64,000 nt of DNA from Terriglobia bacterium (GCA_020073145.1 JAIQFS010000012.1:106961-170960), one strand, 5' to 3'. Numbered from the stretch's first letter, positions 10,397 through 19,240 are shown. The notes: generated from the letters alone by a model not told the origin. Translations and numbers: made by a program.

Positions 10397-10818
10397 TAGG
10401 AGAGTTGTGGGATCCGACGGCGATTACTTTCCGAGGGGCGAGCGCGCTAGAACAAGCCAGTTTCCTCGGCCGGGGGCACGGTGCCCAAGGTTGAGCGGCA
10501 GACGGTCCTTTTCTATGCGCCACGAATTGCGGAACCGGTCAGATCCGGGTTCCGGGATGATTCCTCGCGAGTAGTCGCGTGGCGTGTACGAATCGCGGAG
10601 GGCGATCGACTTGGTCGGGTCACGCCCTACGATGAGAAATGACCGGCCCCAGGAAAAGACGGGGGCCGCGGTTGTCGTCTGAAGCGAGCCAGCGCAGCCT
10701 GTTCCATGCGGTTGTTCCGTGCAAGCACCGGGAAATCCCCAGGCCTTCAGGAGGGGAGCCAGCCATAACCAAAAGGGGCTTGAAGGGCCTGGGGTGTCAC
10801 CACATAATTGCTGGAGCG

Positions 10819-11310
10819 ATGGAGATTCTTGGATGCTGCCAGCGAGTTCATTGGCGCTGTATCGTCTTGGCTGGTACATTCGCTCTCTGCTGCCACGCCC
10901 AGGAGTCCGAACCGGCAGCTCCTGCTCTACCAGCAGCAGCGGATTCCCTCGCCAGCCATTCGGAGGCGCCGCCATCCAACGCGCTTGAGATCTGGCTCAA
11001 CGCACTGGCCGTAGCGGAATCGGGCAACCGGCAGTGGCTGGTCCATCGGGACCGCGATGGGCAACTCTACTTCGGTTGCCTCCAGTTTCATGCGAAGACG
11101 TTTCGAGTCTACGTGCGGAAGTTCCATCTGCTTCCGAACAGCAGCCGCTCGGAAACGATGAGAAGGATTTATGACTGCGCGTTCCAGAAGCGCCTGGCGG
11201 CACTGATGATTCGCGACGATCCCCAGAATTGGAGGCACTGGAGAGGAACCGTCGAAAAGCGAGTGGGATTGCCACCGGTGGATGTGGATGATCGCACTGA
11301 TCACCCATAG
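10819..11310 (+). CDS. Secreted hypothetical protein, lytic-transglycosylase (SLT)-like
   Basis: Start chosen at the Met that begins a signal-like peptide (MEILGCCQRVHWRCIVLAGTFALCCHAQE). ALAVAESGN...YFGCLQF resembles the SLT catalytic E-S...G-L-x-Q pattern. The functional call is tentative. Confidence 0.45.
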   Translation: MEILGCCQRVHWRCIVLAGTFALCCHAQESEPAAPALPAAADSLASHSEAPPSNALEIWLNALAVAESGNRQWLVHRDRDGQLYFGCLQFHAKTFRVYVRKFHLLPNSSRSETMRRIYDCAFQKRLAALMIRDDPQNWRHWRGTVEKRVGLPPVDVDDRTDHP

Positions 11311-11377
11311 AAGCGGGCACAACCCAAACCAAAGAGAGCATTTCTCGCCTCGGGCGTGGGCTTAACGTTGGGGCCGT

Positions 11378-11559
11378 GCAGCGCGATGGCATTATCGGCC
11401 CCCCGACGACAGCAAGCCGCGCGAAGTCCTGAAGCGCCCCGACTGGCTGCAAGAAGTGGAAGGAACGTTGCGGTAGCGGCTCCCCGGCCTCCGATCCCCG
11501 AGCCCGCGTCGAGGCGGCCCGCCGCACCCGCCAAGTCCCGTCTCCAGTTTGGGCGACTA
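11378..11559 (+). repeat. Direct repeat copy B: decayed relic of the ftsK 3' end plus downstream sequence
   Basis: Same orientation as 7041-7223. The C7 run is shortened to C6, which shifts the frame. Several substitutions and small indels are also present, so it is non-coding. Confidence 0.85.
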
Positions 11560-11647
11560 CCCGGTAACTTGGTTTGTCGGCGCTGTGGCGTCAGCCACGA
11601 CGTTGCCCAAGAAGCCGTTGTCAACGGCACAATCAGTGGATTTCTGG

Positions 11648-12312
11648 TTAGTTCGGAATCAGCCGATCGAGGCGGTCCACGACGATGAACTCCACTGGAC
11701 CCTTTTCGGCTTCGAGATTCAGACCGAGTTGCTCCCGAAGTGCGGTAAAGACCGAATCAGGCAAGCCATCGGCCCCCGTGGAGAGGGTCGATCCTTCGCG
11801 GCCCGCGCCGCCGCGATCGGGAGCGTAGCTCAACGTGAAATCGGATGGGCCGCCGAGCCCCGTCCGGTCGCGACCACTGTGCGCCCGGTCAACTGGGACA
11901 GCACGCCCACCAGATTCGACATGCCCGCACTGGTGAACGTAAAGCGATGGCCGCTCTGCCGCAAGGTCGGTTTGCCGCCTGCATGCGCAGTTTCGTGGAG
12001 TCTGGGGCCGGCTTTCCCCAGAACCAAGGCGTAGACTGTCTGCTCTTTGGATTCGCGATGAATGGATAAGTGAAAGCGCTCCGCCAGCAGCACCTGGAGC
12101 AGATGCGGAAGCTGCTCGTTGGTGATGGGCTGCTCGCACGTAGCCTGGACGTCGTATCTCTCTTGGGAAAAAGCGCTGGGGATCCCCGAGATCTGTAGCG
12201 GTGGAACATCGTAAGCGAACATGAGGAGCTCCACCATCAGCTCATTGTAAGGGCCTCCTTGCCCGTGGTCTGGGATGGGCATCAACTTGACGCCCGAGGG
12301 TGACCGCTGCAA
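11648..12312 (-). pseudogene. TIGR03435-type (Solibacter uncharacterized C-terminal domain) gene, frameshifted
   Basis: Two overlapping ORFs carry consecutive parts of one family. ORF 11830-12312 gives LMFAYDVPPLQISGIP...LLAERFHLSIHRESKEQTVYALVLGKAGPRL...MSNLVGVLSQLTGRTVV. ORF 11648-12139 gives DRTGLGGPSDFTLSYAPD...SVFTALREQLGLNLEAEKGPVEFIVVDRLDRLIPN. The frames switch near 11869-11872 (gtggtc[gc]gaccgg). No signal peptide is visible at the N-terminus. Confidence 0.65.
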
Positions 12313-12397
12313 CTGAGCCTGATGGAAGGCTGCGGGAGGTCGAGCATACCGTAAACAGGGTATAGGTCCGACAAGTGAGCAAACCTATAATGGCGCT

Positions 12398-13063
12398 ATG
12401 CGTTTACTCGTGCTGGCTTGCCTCTGCTGTCTTTTCTGCTCCCTAGCCTTAGCCCAAACTCAAGACCAGGAAGTCCACCACCACAACATTAGTTTCGGAG
12501 CTGGGCCCGCGATGGCAGTTGGAAATGCCACGAATTACCTCAGCACGGCGCCCTTCATCCGCCTTTCGTACGGCTACCGTTTCAACCGGCTCTTCCAGGC
12601 GGACGCCGGGTTTGAGATGGCTTTCGGCGCCGCCCATAACCAAAATCCCGAAAGCACGACTGCTGGATATGTCATGGGTGGCGATCACGAATTCATGGCC
12701 CCGCTTTTGGGCGGCCGAATTTACCTGCCGCTGCACCTGAGCCGCGTGGGGACCTCCGTCGGCGGCGGTGCTGTCCACCTCCACTATTCCGAAACCGCTC
12801 CCTCCAATGGCGGGGGTTATGGCTACGGCTATGGCGGCGTTGGGGGGTCGACCTGTTATACCTGCACGACCCGCGGCGGTTGGGGCGGCTATGGATTGGC
12901 CAACATCAGCTACTTCTTGAATGAAGACCACACGTTCCGGGTCGGCACCACGGTAGAGTATATTTCCGGCTCTACCAATGGGCAGGCTGTGGCTAACTTC
13001 CCGGCGACGAAAACTACCGATCACTGGCTGCAACTCGCGTTTGAAATCGGTCTCAGCTTTTGA
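12398..13063 (+). CDS. Outer-membrane beta-barrel protein (OMP/porin-family)
   Basis: 221 aa. Signal peptide MRLLVLACLCCLFCSLALAQ. The sequence shows alternating amphipathic strands and a Gly/Tyr-rich loop (SNGGGYGYGYGGVGG...GGWGGYG). The C-terminus FEIGLSF ends in an aromatic residue. Confidence 0.7.
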   Translation: MRLLVLACLCCLFCSLALAQTQDQEVHHHNISFGAGPAMAVGNATNYLSTAPFIRLSYGYRFNRLFQADAGFEMAFGAAHNQNPESTTAGYVMGGDHEFMAPLLGGRIYLPLHLSRVGTSVGGGAVHLHYSETAPSNGGGYGYGYGGVGGSTCYTCTTRGGWGGYGLANISYFLNEDHTFRVGTTVEYISGSTNGQAVANFPATKTTDHWLQLAFEIGLSF

Positions 13064-13085
13064 GCTCGCGCCGTTTGCATTTCGT

Positions 13086-14957
13086 ATGAATCTTCACCCC
13101 GGCCTCATCCGTCGGCTGGTTTCCCGAATTGGGCTCGCGGTCACTCTGTTGATCTCCGTTGGCGCGGCGAGGACACGGTCCTTGAGTGTCTTGCTCACGC
13201 CCACGGTAGCCGCGCCATCTCCCGTAGGCAGCACGATCAGATGGGCTGCCGCGGCTTCGGGTGACTCCGGAAATCTACGGTATCGGTTCCGGCTTCGGGC
13301 TGCGGGGATGAATTTCCATCTGGTCCGCGATTTCAGCCCCGAGGCAACGCTAGAGTGGGCGGCCATTCAGCATGAAGGACTCTACGAACTCGAGGCGACG
13401 GTTCGGGATATCAATACCGGGGCTACCGGCGTGACTACCGCCTGGTACGAAGTGACTTCCCTGGTGACGGATGAACCCGTCATCTCTCCAACGCAGAACC
13501 CGCTGGTGTTCCTCTATAGCGCGCCGCCCTGCGACCCGCCAGACCGCATGCAAGTCGAATTCGAATCTGGCGACGGATTCGTACAACACACCCCGTATGA
13601 GGATTGCCAGGCCGGATTGAGCATGAATTTCTATCTGGCCGGAATGCGGGCGAATACCACTTACCGTGTCCACCATGTGGTGACAACGAGAAGGCTGGCT
13701 CGTCGAAGAGTCGGTATCTCAGCTCTTACAGAAGGACCCACGCTGACAGTGACGACCAGCGGAGTACCGATCGGATTGCCGATTTCTACGATTCTTCAGG
13801 CTCCACCCGCCCCGTCGGGGGACTACGTTGTGCTGTACAGCAATCTGTTTGGCCCGCCCTTCGCTACCGACCAACAGGGCAACGTGATCTGGTATTATCC
13901 CGCCGATTTTACTCTTCTCAGTCGGCCCGAATCCGACGGGCGCTTCCTGGCGGTGGTTTCCACCCAGCCCATCTCCGGATTCGGTCAAATCCTTCGAGAA
14001 ATCGATGTGGCGGGCAACACGCTGCGAGAGACCAACGTGGCACGGGTCAACGAGCAACTCGCCGGGATGGGCAAGCGGACCATCGGCTTGTTTCACCACG
14101 ATGCCCTCGGCCTCCCGAATGGGGGAGTGGCAGTGCTCGCGACTACCGAGCAAATCATGACCGGGGTTCAGGGCCCCGGGCCGGTTGACATCATTGGTGA
14201 TCTGATCGTCGTTCTGGATCAGGACTTCCAGGTTGTTTGGACCTGGGATGCATTCGACCATCTCGACCCCCACCGCCAAGCGACGCTTGGCGAGACGTGC
14301 CCCGGCTTGGGGTGTCCGCCGCTCAGACTGGCGTCCAGCGCCCATGACTGGCTGCACGGCAATGCCCTGGAAATTGCCGGTGACGGAAACCTCCTTTATT
14401 CCAGCCGTCATCAGGACTGGATTGTCAAAATCGATTTCCGCGGGGGCCAGGGCACCGGAGACGTCGTCTGGCGCCTGGGCAAAGACGGCGACTTTCAAAT
14501 GAACTCCAGCGATGATTCGCCTTGGTTTTCCCACCAGCACGGACCGCGGTTTTCGCCGGAGAACGGCACCACGTTAGCGGTATTCGACGATTCCAACCTG
14601 CGCCAGCGCGCTGACAAGAACGCTCACAGCCGCGGTCAGGTCCTTCAACTGGATGAGCAGAACATGATCGCGACGCTGGTAATCAACGCCGACCTCGGCG
14701 GCTTCTCCTTCGCCGTCGGCAACGCGCAGCCGCTCAGGGACGGGGGCTATCTGTTCGATGTGGGATGGCTGCCGGACAACAGTTGCCGCCTCGTCAAAGT
14801 GGATCGCGTGGGGAACCCGCTGGAAGCCGTGCAGGTGAACGCGCCGGAATACCGATCCTTCTTGATGAGAGATATGTATACCCGCGACTCGGATTGGACT
14901 GCGAGCGACGGTCGCCGCCAGCCTGTGCGTGAGATGCTGGTGCAATCGCGAGAATGA
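13086..14957 (+). CDS. Arylsulfotransferase (ASST)-family protein, secreted
   Basis: Start set at MNLHPGLIRRLVSRIGLAVTLLISVGAA (signal/anchor). ASST-like beta-propeller motifs are HDWLHGNALE, LLYSSRHQDWIVKIDF, GDVVWRLGKDGDF and WFSHQHGPRF. It begins 22 nt after the OMP gene. Confidence 0.65.
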   Translation: MNLHPGLIRRLVSRIGLAVTLLISVGAARTRSLSVLLTPTVAAPSPVGSTIRWAAAASGDSGNLRYRFRLRAAGMNFHLVRDFSPEATLEWAAIQHEGLYELEATVRDINTGATGVTTAWYEVTSLVTDEPVISPTQNPLVFLYSAPPCDPPDRMQVEFESGDGFVQHTPYEDCQAGLSMNFYLAGMRANTTYRVHHVVTTRRLARRRVGISALTEGPTLTVTTSGVPIGLPISTILQAPPAPSGDYVVLYSNLFGPPFATDQQGNVIWYYPADFTLLSRPESDGRFLAVVSTQPISGFGQILREIDVAGNTLRETNVARVNEQLAGMGKRTIGLFHHDALGLPNGGVAVLATTEQIMTGVQGPGPVDIIGDLIVVLDQDFQVVWTWDAFDHLDPHRQATLGETCPGLGCPPLRLASSAHDWLHGNALEIAGDGNLLYSSRHQDWIVKIDFRGGQGTGDVVWRLGKDGDFQMNSSDDSPWFSHQHGPRFSPENGTTLAVFDDSNLRQRADKNAHSRGQVLQLDEQNMIATLVINADLGGFSFAVGNAQPLRDGGYLFDVGWLPDNSCRLVKVDRVGNPLEAVQVNAPEYRSFLMRDMYTRDSDWTASDGRRQPVREMLVQSRE

Positions 14958-15120
14958 CCGCTTCGGGGGGCTCTTTCGCGGTACACGTCCGCGCTGGGCG
15001 CAGTTTGCCACGTAACGGTTGCGCCCCGATCGGAAGCGGGAGCCGGGCGGTGAGCGCGCTCCCGCATTCACACGTGATCGTGATGACGTACTCTTGAATT
15101 CACGGCAAGTCAGGTAGCTT

Positions 15121-15315
15121 CTACGACTTCTTGCCTGCGTCCTTGCCCTTCTCGTCCTTCTTGCCGTCGTCGCCCTTTTTGTCCTTCTTGCTGTCGTCGC
15201 CCTTTTTGTCGCTCTTCTTTTCCTGCTTCGGCGGATCCTGTTGGCCGGCAAAAGCCACCGACACGGAACCAAGGGCCAAGCCGCCACTCATGGCAAGGAT
15301 GATTAGCTTTTTCAC
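15121..15315 (-). CDS. Small secreted Lys/Asp-rich peptide (GQQDPPKQ motif), paralog 1
   Basis: 64 aa: MKKLIILAMSGGLALGSVSVAFA|GQQDPPKQEKKSDKKGDDSKKDKKGDDGKKDEKGKDAGKKS. It has a GTG start preceded by GGAGA. A GTGA overlap joins it to the upstream ORF. It is paralogous to 31822-32004. Confidence 0.6.
   Translation of the reverse strand: MKKLIILAMSGGLALGSVSVAFAGQQDPPKQEKKSDKKGDDSKKDKKGDDGKKDEKGKDAGKKS
15154..15207. repeat. 2 x 27-bp tandem repeat inside the K-rich peptide gene
   Basis: gtccttcttgcCgtcgtcgcccttttt is followed by gtccttcttgcTgtcgtcgcccttttt, with one mismatch. The units encode KKGDDGKKD and KKGDDSKKD. Confidence 0.9.
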
Positions 15316-15587
15316 GTTTCTTTCTCCTGATTTTGAGATGGAACTGCAAACTTGGGAATGGGTAATCGGTTCAAGACCGTCCGTACGATTTCCTTCTGCT
15401 CTTGCCTGAGTGATCTCCGCCCTTCCAGGAGTGCGGTCAGTGCCTGTTCTTTGGATTGTCCTTCCAGCACGCGCACCACATAGGTGATGATCGCGTAATC
15501 GGTAATCCCCATCTTGCGCAACTCGGCAATTTCGCCGGTCGGATCCTTGAGTAGTTCTTCGGCGGAAACCGCCTTCTTGGTGCCCAT
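15312..15587 (-). CDS. Hypothetical protein (91 aa)
   Basis: Codon usage looks plausible. It starts 7 nt after the OmpA-like gene stop and overlaps the K-rich peptide start (GTGA). I recognise no domain. Confidence 0.5.
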   Translation of the reverse strand: MGTKKAVSAEELLKDPTGEIAELRKMGITDYAIITYVVRVLEGQSKEQALTALLEGRRSLRQEQKEIVRTVLNRLPIPKFAVPSQNQEKET

Positions 15588-15594
15588 GATCCCG

Positions 15595-16353
15595 TTATCG
15601 GGGCGATGCCTGGGCTACCGTCGCCACTTCGGGAACGAGCAACCGGACTTCCACGCGCCGATTCTGCTTGCGGCCGTCTCGAGTTTTGTCGTCAGCCACG
15701 GGCTGAGCGTAACCGGAGCCCAGCATGCTCATGTTCCGAAGCGGAATCTTGTCTTCATTCACCAGGTAGCGCGCCACTTCTTGCGCGCGGCGCTGGCTGA
15801 GAACCTCATTCCCTTCGGCCGAGCCGGTCTTGTCTGTAAAACCCTGGATCTCGACGATGTAACGGTCCACTCCCGCGGCCGCTTGCGCAAACGTTTCCAG
15901 CCGTGACTTCGCGTCGTCCTGCAGCGTCCACTGATTGATACGAAACAGTACCGTCTCGGACTTGGTCATCTTGAAGCGGTTCATCCCGTTCACGCTGCGT
16001 CCGAGATTCTCAGCCAGGGTTCGGGCACCGGCGGCGGCCTGGGCCGCGCCGTCTGCCGCCTTTTGGGCGCCATCCGCTTTTTGGTCGGCGGCTTTCGCCG
16101 AGTTGCCGGCCGCTGTGGCCTTCTGATCCGTGTCGGTCAGCCTCTCCCTGGTGCGGGACAGATCGCGATCCAACTCGACGATCTGGTCGGTGTGTGTGCC
16201 GATTTGTTTGTCCTGATCGACGTTCTTCGTTTCCGTCGCCGCCACCCGGGTCTCGATCGGAGCCACGGTCTTCGAGATGTATTTCTTGGTGGCACAGCCC
16301 GCTCCCAGAAAGCTTAGAGAGATGGCTCCTAACGCCAGTATTCTCGTGTTCAT
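15595..16353 (-). CDS. OmpA-family lipoprotein with coiled-coil linker
   Basis: Start set at MNTRILALGAISLSFLGAGC (lipobox LGAGC). The upstream extension in the ORF track looks non-coding. An Ala/Lys/Asp-rich helical segment is followed by a C-terminal OmpA domain (IQGFTDKTGSAEGNEVLSQRRAQEVARYL...NRRVEV). Confidence 0.8.
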   Translation of the reverse strand: MNTRILALGAISLSFLGAGCATKKYISKTVAPIETRVAATETKNVDQDKQIGTHTDQIVELDRDLSRTRERLTDTDQKATAAGNSAKAADQKADGAQKAADGAAQAAAGARTLAENLGRSVNGMNRFKMTKSETVLFRINQWTLQDDAKSRLETFAQAAAGVDRYIVEIQGFTDKTGSAEGNEVLSQRRAQEVARYLVNEDKIPLRNMSMLGSGYAQPVADDKTRDGRKQNRRVEVRLLVPEVATVAQASPR

Positions 16354-16549
16354 GTTCAGCCTCTCTGTCTTCCGCGCCCCCCTCTTCAGTGGAATCGCGC
16401 GTGAATATCCCTCCGCTACACGGCTGGCGTCTGGCGCAAACGCACCCGCATCCCGCGAGGTTCTCCCTGAATATACGCCCATACTGGCACGGCTCAACCC
16501 ATTCTTTCGACTAGCCGAGCCTAACTTTTGCCGCTCCAACTGACGCCGA

Positions 16550-18016
16550 GTGCAAACCTGGTACATGATAGTAGGAAGTATGGCAATGGCCACTGTCGCC
16601 GAGCGGTTCACAGTCCAAAAGACCGTGCAAGCGCTTCTCAACACGGGCCGCCGCCCTATTCTGGCCGCCGTCATTCTTTTGATCCCTGCAATCGCTTTCA
16701 TCGATGCCCGCTGGATCAACATTTCGCTGGGCGGCCTCTACATTTTCCCGATGCTGCTGGCCGCGGCGATTCTGTCGTCTCGCGATACCGTCGCGGTGGC
16801 GGTGCTGTGCGCGGTTCTCCGGTGTTGCTTTGACGATTCGCATGTCGCGTATCAGTACGCGATCCGTTTCGTTACTTCGTTTCTTACCTACGTCTTATCC
16901 GGATTGTTTGTGGTCGCGGTGATGCGCAACCGGCAAATGGCGCTGGAGCACCTGGCACTGATCACGCGCGAACAACGCCTTCGCAACGAAGCGCAGGAGC
17001 GGCTCAAGACCCTGGTCGAAAGCAGCCCCGCCGCGATCCTGACCTTGAACTACCAGGGCACGGTTCTTGCGGCCAACTACGCCGCGGATGTTCTGTTCGG
17101 TCTCAGTGCGGACCAGACGCTGGAAGGGCGGTCCATCAGACTCTACATGCCGGTCCTGATCGAGGCCTTGCGTCTGGGCACCGGCGGCAAACCGTTCCGT
17201 ACCTCCGCCCAAGCGCAAGGGCGGCGGGAAAACGGCGAGATCTTTCTTGCCGACCTTTGGTTTTCCACTTATGCCACAAGTGAAAAAACACAGCTCGCCG
17301 CCATCGTGGTCGATTCTTCCGAGGAGATGCGCGATCGGGAGCAGCACAATGTGCGCCAACTTTCCACCAATAGCCGGCTCGTGGCTGCGGCTGTGCTCCA
17401 CGAAATTCGGAATCTGTGCAGCGCCATCTCGGTTGTCTATTCCAACTTGGCGGGGAGAGATACTCCCTGCCGCGTTGACGAAATACGAGGCCTTGAGACG
17501 CTGGTCAAGGGCTTGGGGCGTGTGGCGTCGCTGGAACTGTACGGCAAGGAGCAGGAAGCTCTGGAAGAAATTCCGCTCCAGCAGCTGTTGAGCGATCTGA
17601 GGATTATCATCGAGCCCGGCTGGGTGGAGATTGAAGGCTCGATCTGCTGGAACATCCCGGAAACCCCGATGCGGGTGCTGGCGGACCGATACGGGCTCAT
17701 GCAGGTGTTTCTGAATCTGGCGCAGAACAGTAATCGGGCGGTGCAGACCTCGTCCGTGCGGCGTCTGACGATCAGCGCTGCTTCGTGTGGTGGGAGGGCG
17801 CAGATCCTTTTTCGTGATACCGGGTGCGGCATCGCCGATCCGCAGCACCTGTTTCAGCCGTTCCAACAAGGGGCGGACGTGACGGGTCTCGGCCTCTTCA
17901 TCTCACGGGTTCTGGTGCGCAGTTACGGAGGAGAATTGCGTTTCCAGCCTGTGGATTGCGGATGTTCCTTTGTCGTGGAGTTGCCCGAAGTCGCAGTCAG
18001 AAGAGCAAATGCCTGA
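16550..18016 (+). CDS. Membrane sensor histidine kinase (TM region, PAS, HisKA/HATPase)
   Basis: 488 aa. It has N-terminal TM helices and a PAS-like region (SPAAILTLNYQGTVLAANYAADVLFG). The H-box is AAAVLHEIRNLCSAI. The N/G boxes are FLNLAQNSNRA, DTGCGI and GLGLFISR. The exact start is uncertain. Confidence 0.8.
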   Translation: MQTWYMIVGSMAMATVAERFTVQKTVQALLNTGRRPILAAVILLIPAIAFIDARWINISLGGLYIFPMLLAAAILSSRDTVAVAVLCAVLRCCFDDSHVAYQYAIRFVTSFLTYVLSGLFVVAVMRNRQMALEHLALITREQRLRNEAQERLKTLVESSPAAILTLNYQGTVLAANYAADVLFGLSADQTLEGRSIRLYMPVLIEALRLGTGGKPFRTSAQAQGRRENGEIFLADLWFSTYATSEKTQLAAIVVDSSEEMRDREQHNVRQLSTNSRLVAAAVLHEIRNLCSAISVVYSNLAGRDTPCRVDEIRGLETLVKGLGRVASLELYGKEQEALEEIPLQQLLSDLRIIIEPGWVEIEGSICWNIPETPMRVLADRYGLMQVFLNLAQNSNRAVQTSSVRRLTISAASCGGRAQILFRDTGCGIADPQHLFQPFQQGADVTGLGLFISRVLVRSYGGELRFQPVDCGCSFVVELPEVAVRRANA

Positions 18017-18665
18017 GGTTGCGTCGCCGGGAATCCGGCTGCTCGTCGTCGACGATCACGCCATGTTTCGAGAGGCAGTGGCCGAGAAACTGGGGAAGGA
18101 GCCGGATATGACCGTGGTCGGTACGTGCGGGTCAGCCGCCGAGGCTCTGGAACTGCTTCGATCCGGCTCCCGGCCAACCATGATTCTCCTGGACTTCGAC
18201 CTCGGGCCGGAGCGCGTGATCGATTTCTTGCATGAAGTGAGGGCAACCGGTTTTGCGGGGCAAGTTCTGGTGGTAACGGCTGGTGTCAGCGGCCGCGAAG
18301 GGGTCCAGTTGATCCAGGCGGGCATTCATGGAATCCTGCACAAACACAACACGCCCAAGACCCTATGCGAGACGATCCGGCAAATCGCCCGAGGTGAAGT
18401 GTTTCTAGAGAAGGCCTACCTCGGTACAGTCTTTCATGACCTGAATCAGACCCGGGCTCCGGAAGAGCCGCACCTCACCGAGCGTGACAAAGCCATCCTC
18501 CGTCTCGTGTTTCAGGGACTCGCGAACAAAGAAATCGCAGCCCGGCTGCAGATTTCCGAAGGGGCTGTGAAATCGTCCATCAGCCAGCTATTTCACAAGC
18601 TGAGCGTGCGCACACGCGCGCAACTCGTCAAAGTGGCACTCGAGCAATACAGCGATCAGCTGTAG
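18009..18665 (+). CDS. NarL/LuxR-family response regulator
   Basis: Start at MPEVASPGIRLLVVDDH, overlapping the kinase stop by 8 nt. A REC domain is followed by a LuxR helix-turn-helix (LTERDKAILRLVFQGLANKEIAARLQISEGAVK). Confidence 0.85.
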   Translation: MPEVASPGIRLLVVDDHAMFREAVAEKLGKEPDMTVVGTCGSAAEALELLRSGSRPTMILLDFDLGPERVIDFLHEVRATGFAGQVLVVTAGVSGREGVQLIQAGIHGILHKHNTPKTLCETIRQIARGEVFLEKAYLGTVFHDLNQTRAPEEPHLTERDKAILRLVFQGLANKEIAARLQISEGAVKSSISQLFHKLSVRTRAQLVKVALEQYSDQL

Positions 18666-18698
18666 GGATTGCGAGTTGCCGATGGACCCACGGCCCCG

Positions 18699-19007
18699 CT
18701 AGCCGGTCACACGGCGCGGCGGACCGGCCCAACGCGGGCGGCCGGTAGCGTCACGAAGGATCAATTTCTTTCCATCCTTGGTCACTTCGCGGGCAATGAT
18801 GGCTTGCTGAGCGCCGATGGTGGTCCTTGCGCCCAGGATTTCGATCGCGTCGCCCTTGGTAAGAATCGTTCCGGTGACAGTCGCTTCGGCCGCCGGATCG
18901 TATGGTCGCGCTGGTCTTCCCGCGCCTTTTCCGGGTTGGGCCACCAACGTCGGCAGGATCACGGCCCCGGCTGAACAGAGCAGAATCGCAAGTCTCACGG
19001 ATTTCAT
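18699..19007 (-). CDS. Small secreted hypothetical protein
   Basis: 102 aa. Signal peptide MKSVRLAILLCSAGAVILPTLVAQ. AAGGAA lies 6 nt upstream of the ATG. No recognisable domain. Confidence 0.45.
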   Translation of the reverse strand: MKSVRLAILLCSAGAVILPTLVAQPGKGAGRPARPYDPAAEATVTGTILTKGDAIEILGARTTIGAQQAIIAREVTKDGKKLILRDATGRPRWAGPPRRVTG

Positions 19008-19240
19008 ATGCGTTCCTTACTGGAAGGGAAAATCCTTCCGTGAAATTAAGATGCGCGCCCGTCGGGAAGGTGACATTGCCGTCTGGAGACGGCCTGAGTG
19101 CAACGCTCAAGGCCGAGGACGTGTTTGGCTCGTTTAGAAGCTGCTCATGGGTCGGTGCCGGTCGAAAATCTAGTCACCGCATTTTTCGTCAATCGTCTCA
19201 ACGGCTTACCCTGAGAGCCGCGCATCTGCCTGCTAAGGTG

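Noticed and set aside
10424-10975. 183-aa minus-strand ORF in the 460-bp gap between the PadR gene and the SLT-like gene. Its C-terminal ~70 aa look vaguely protein-like (VGRDPTKSIALRDSYTPRDYSRGIIPEPGSDRFRNSW...).
   Set aside because: It overlaps the plus-strand SLT-like gene start. It has no start context and I could not name a family. It may be a gene remnant but this is unsupported.
15036-15065. Hairpin GCGGGAGC-N14-GCTCCCGC between the convergent ASST gene and the K-rich peptide gene.
   Set aside because: It has an 8-bp stem with a large loop and no U-tract on either strand. This is too weak to call a terminator.
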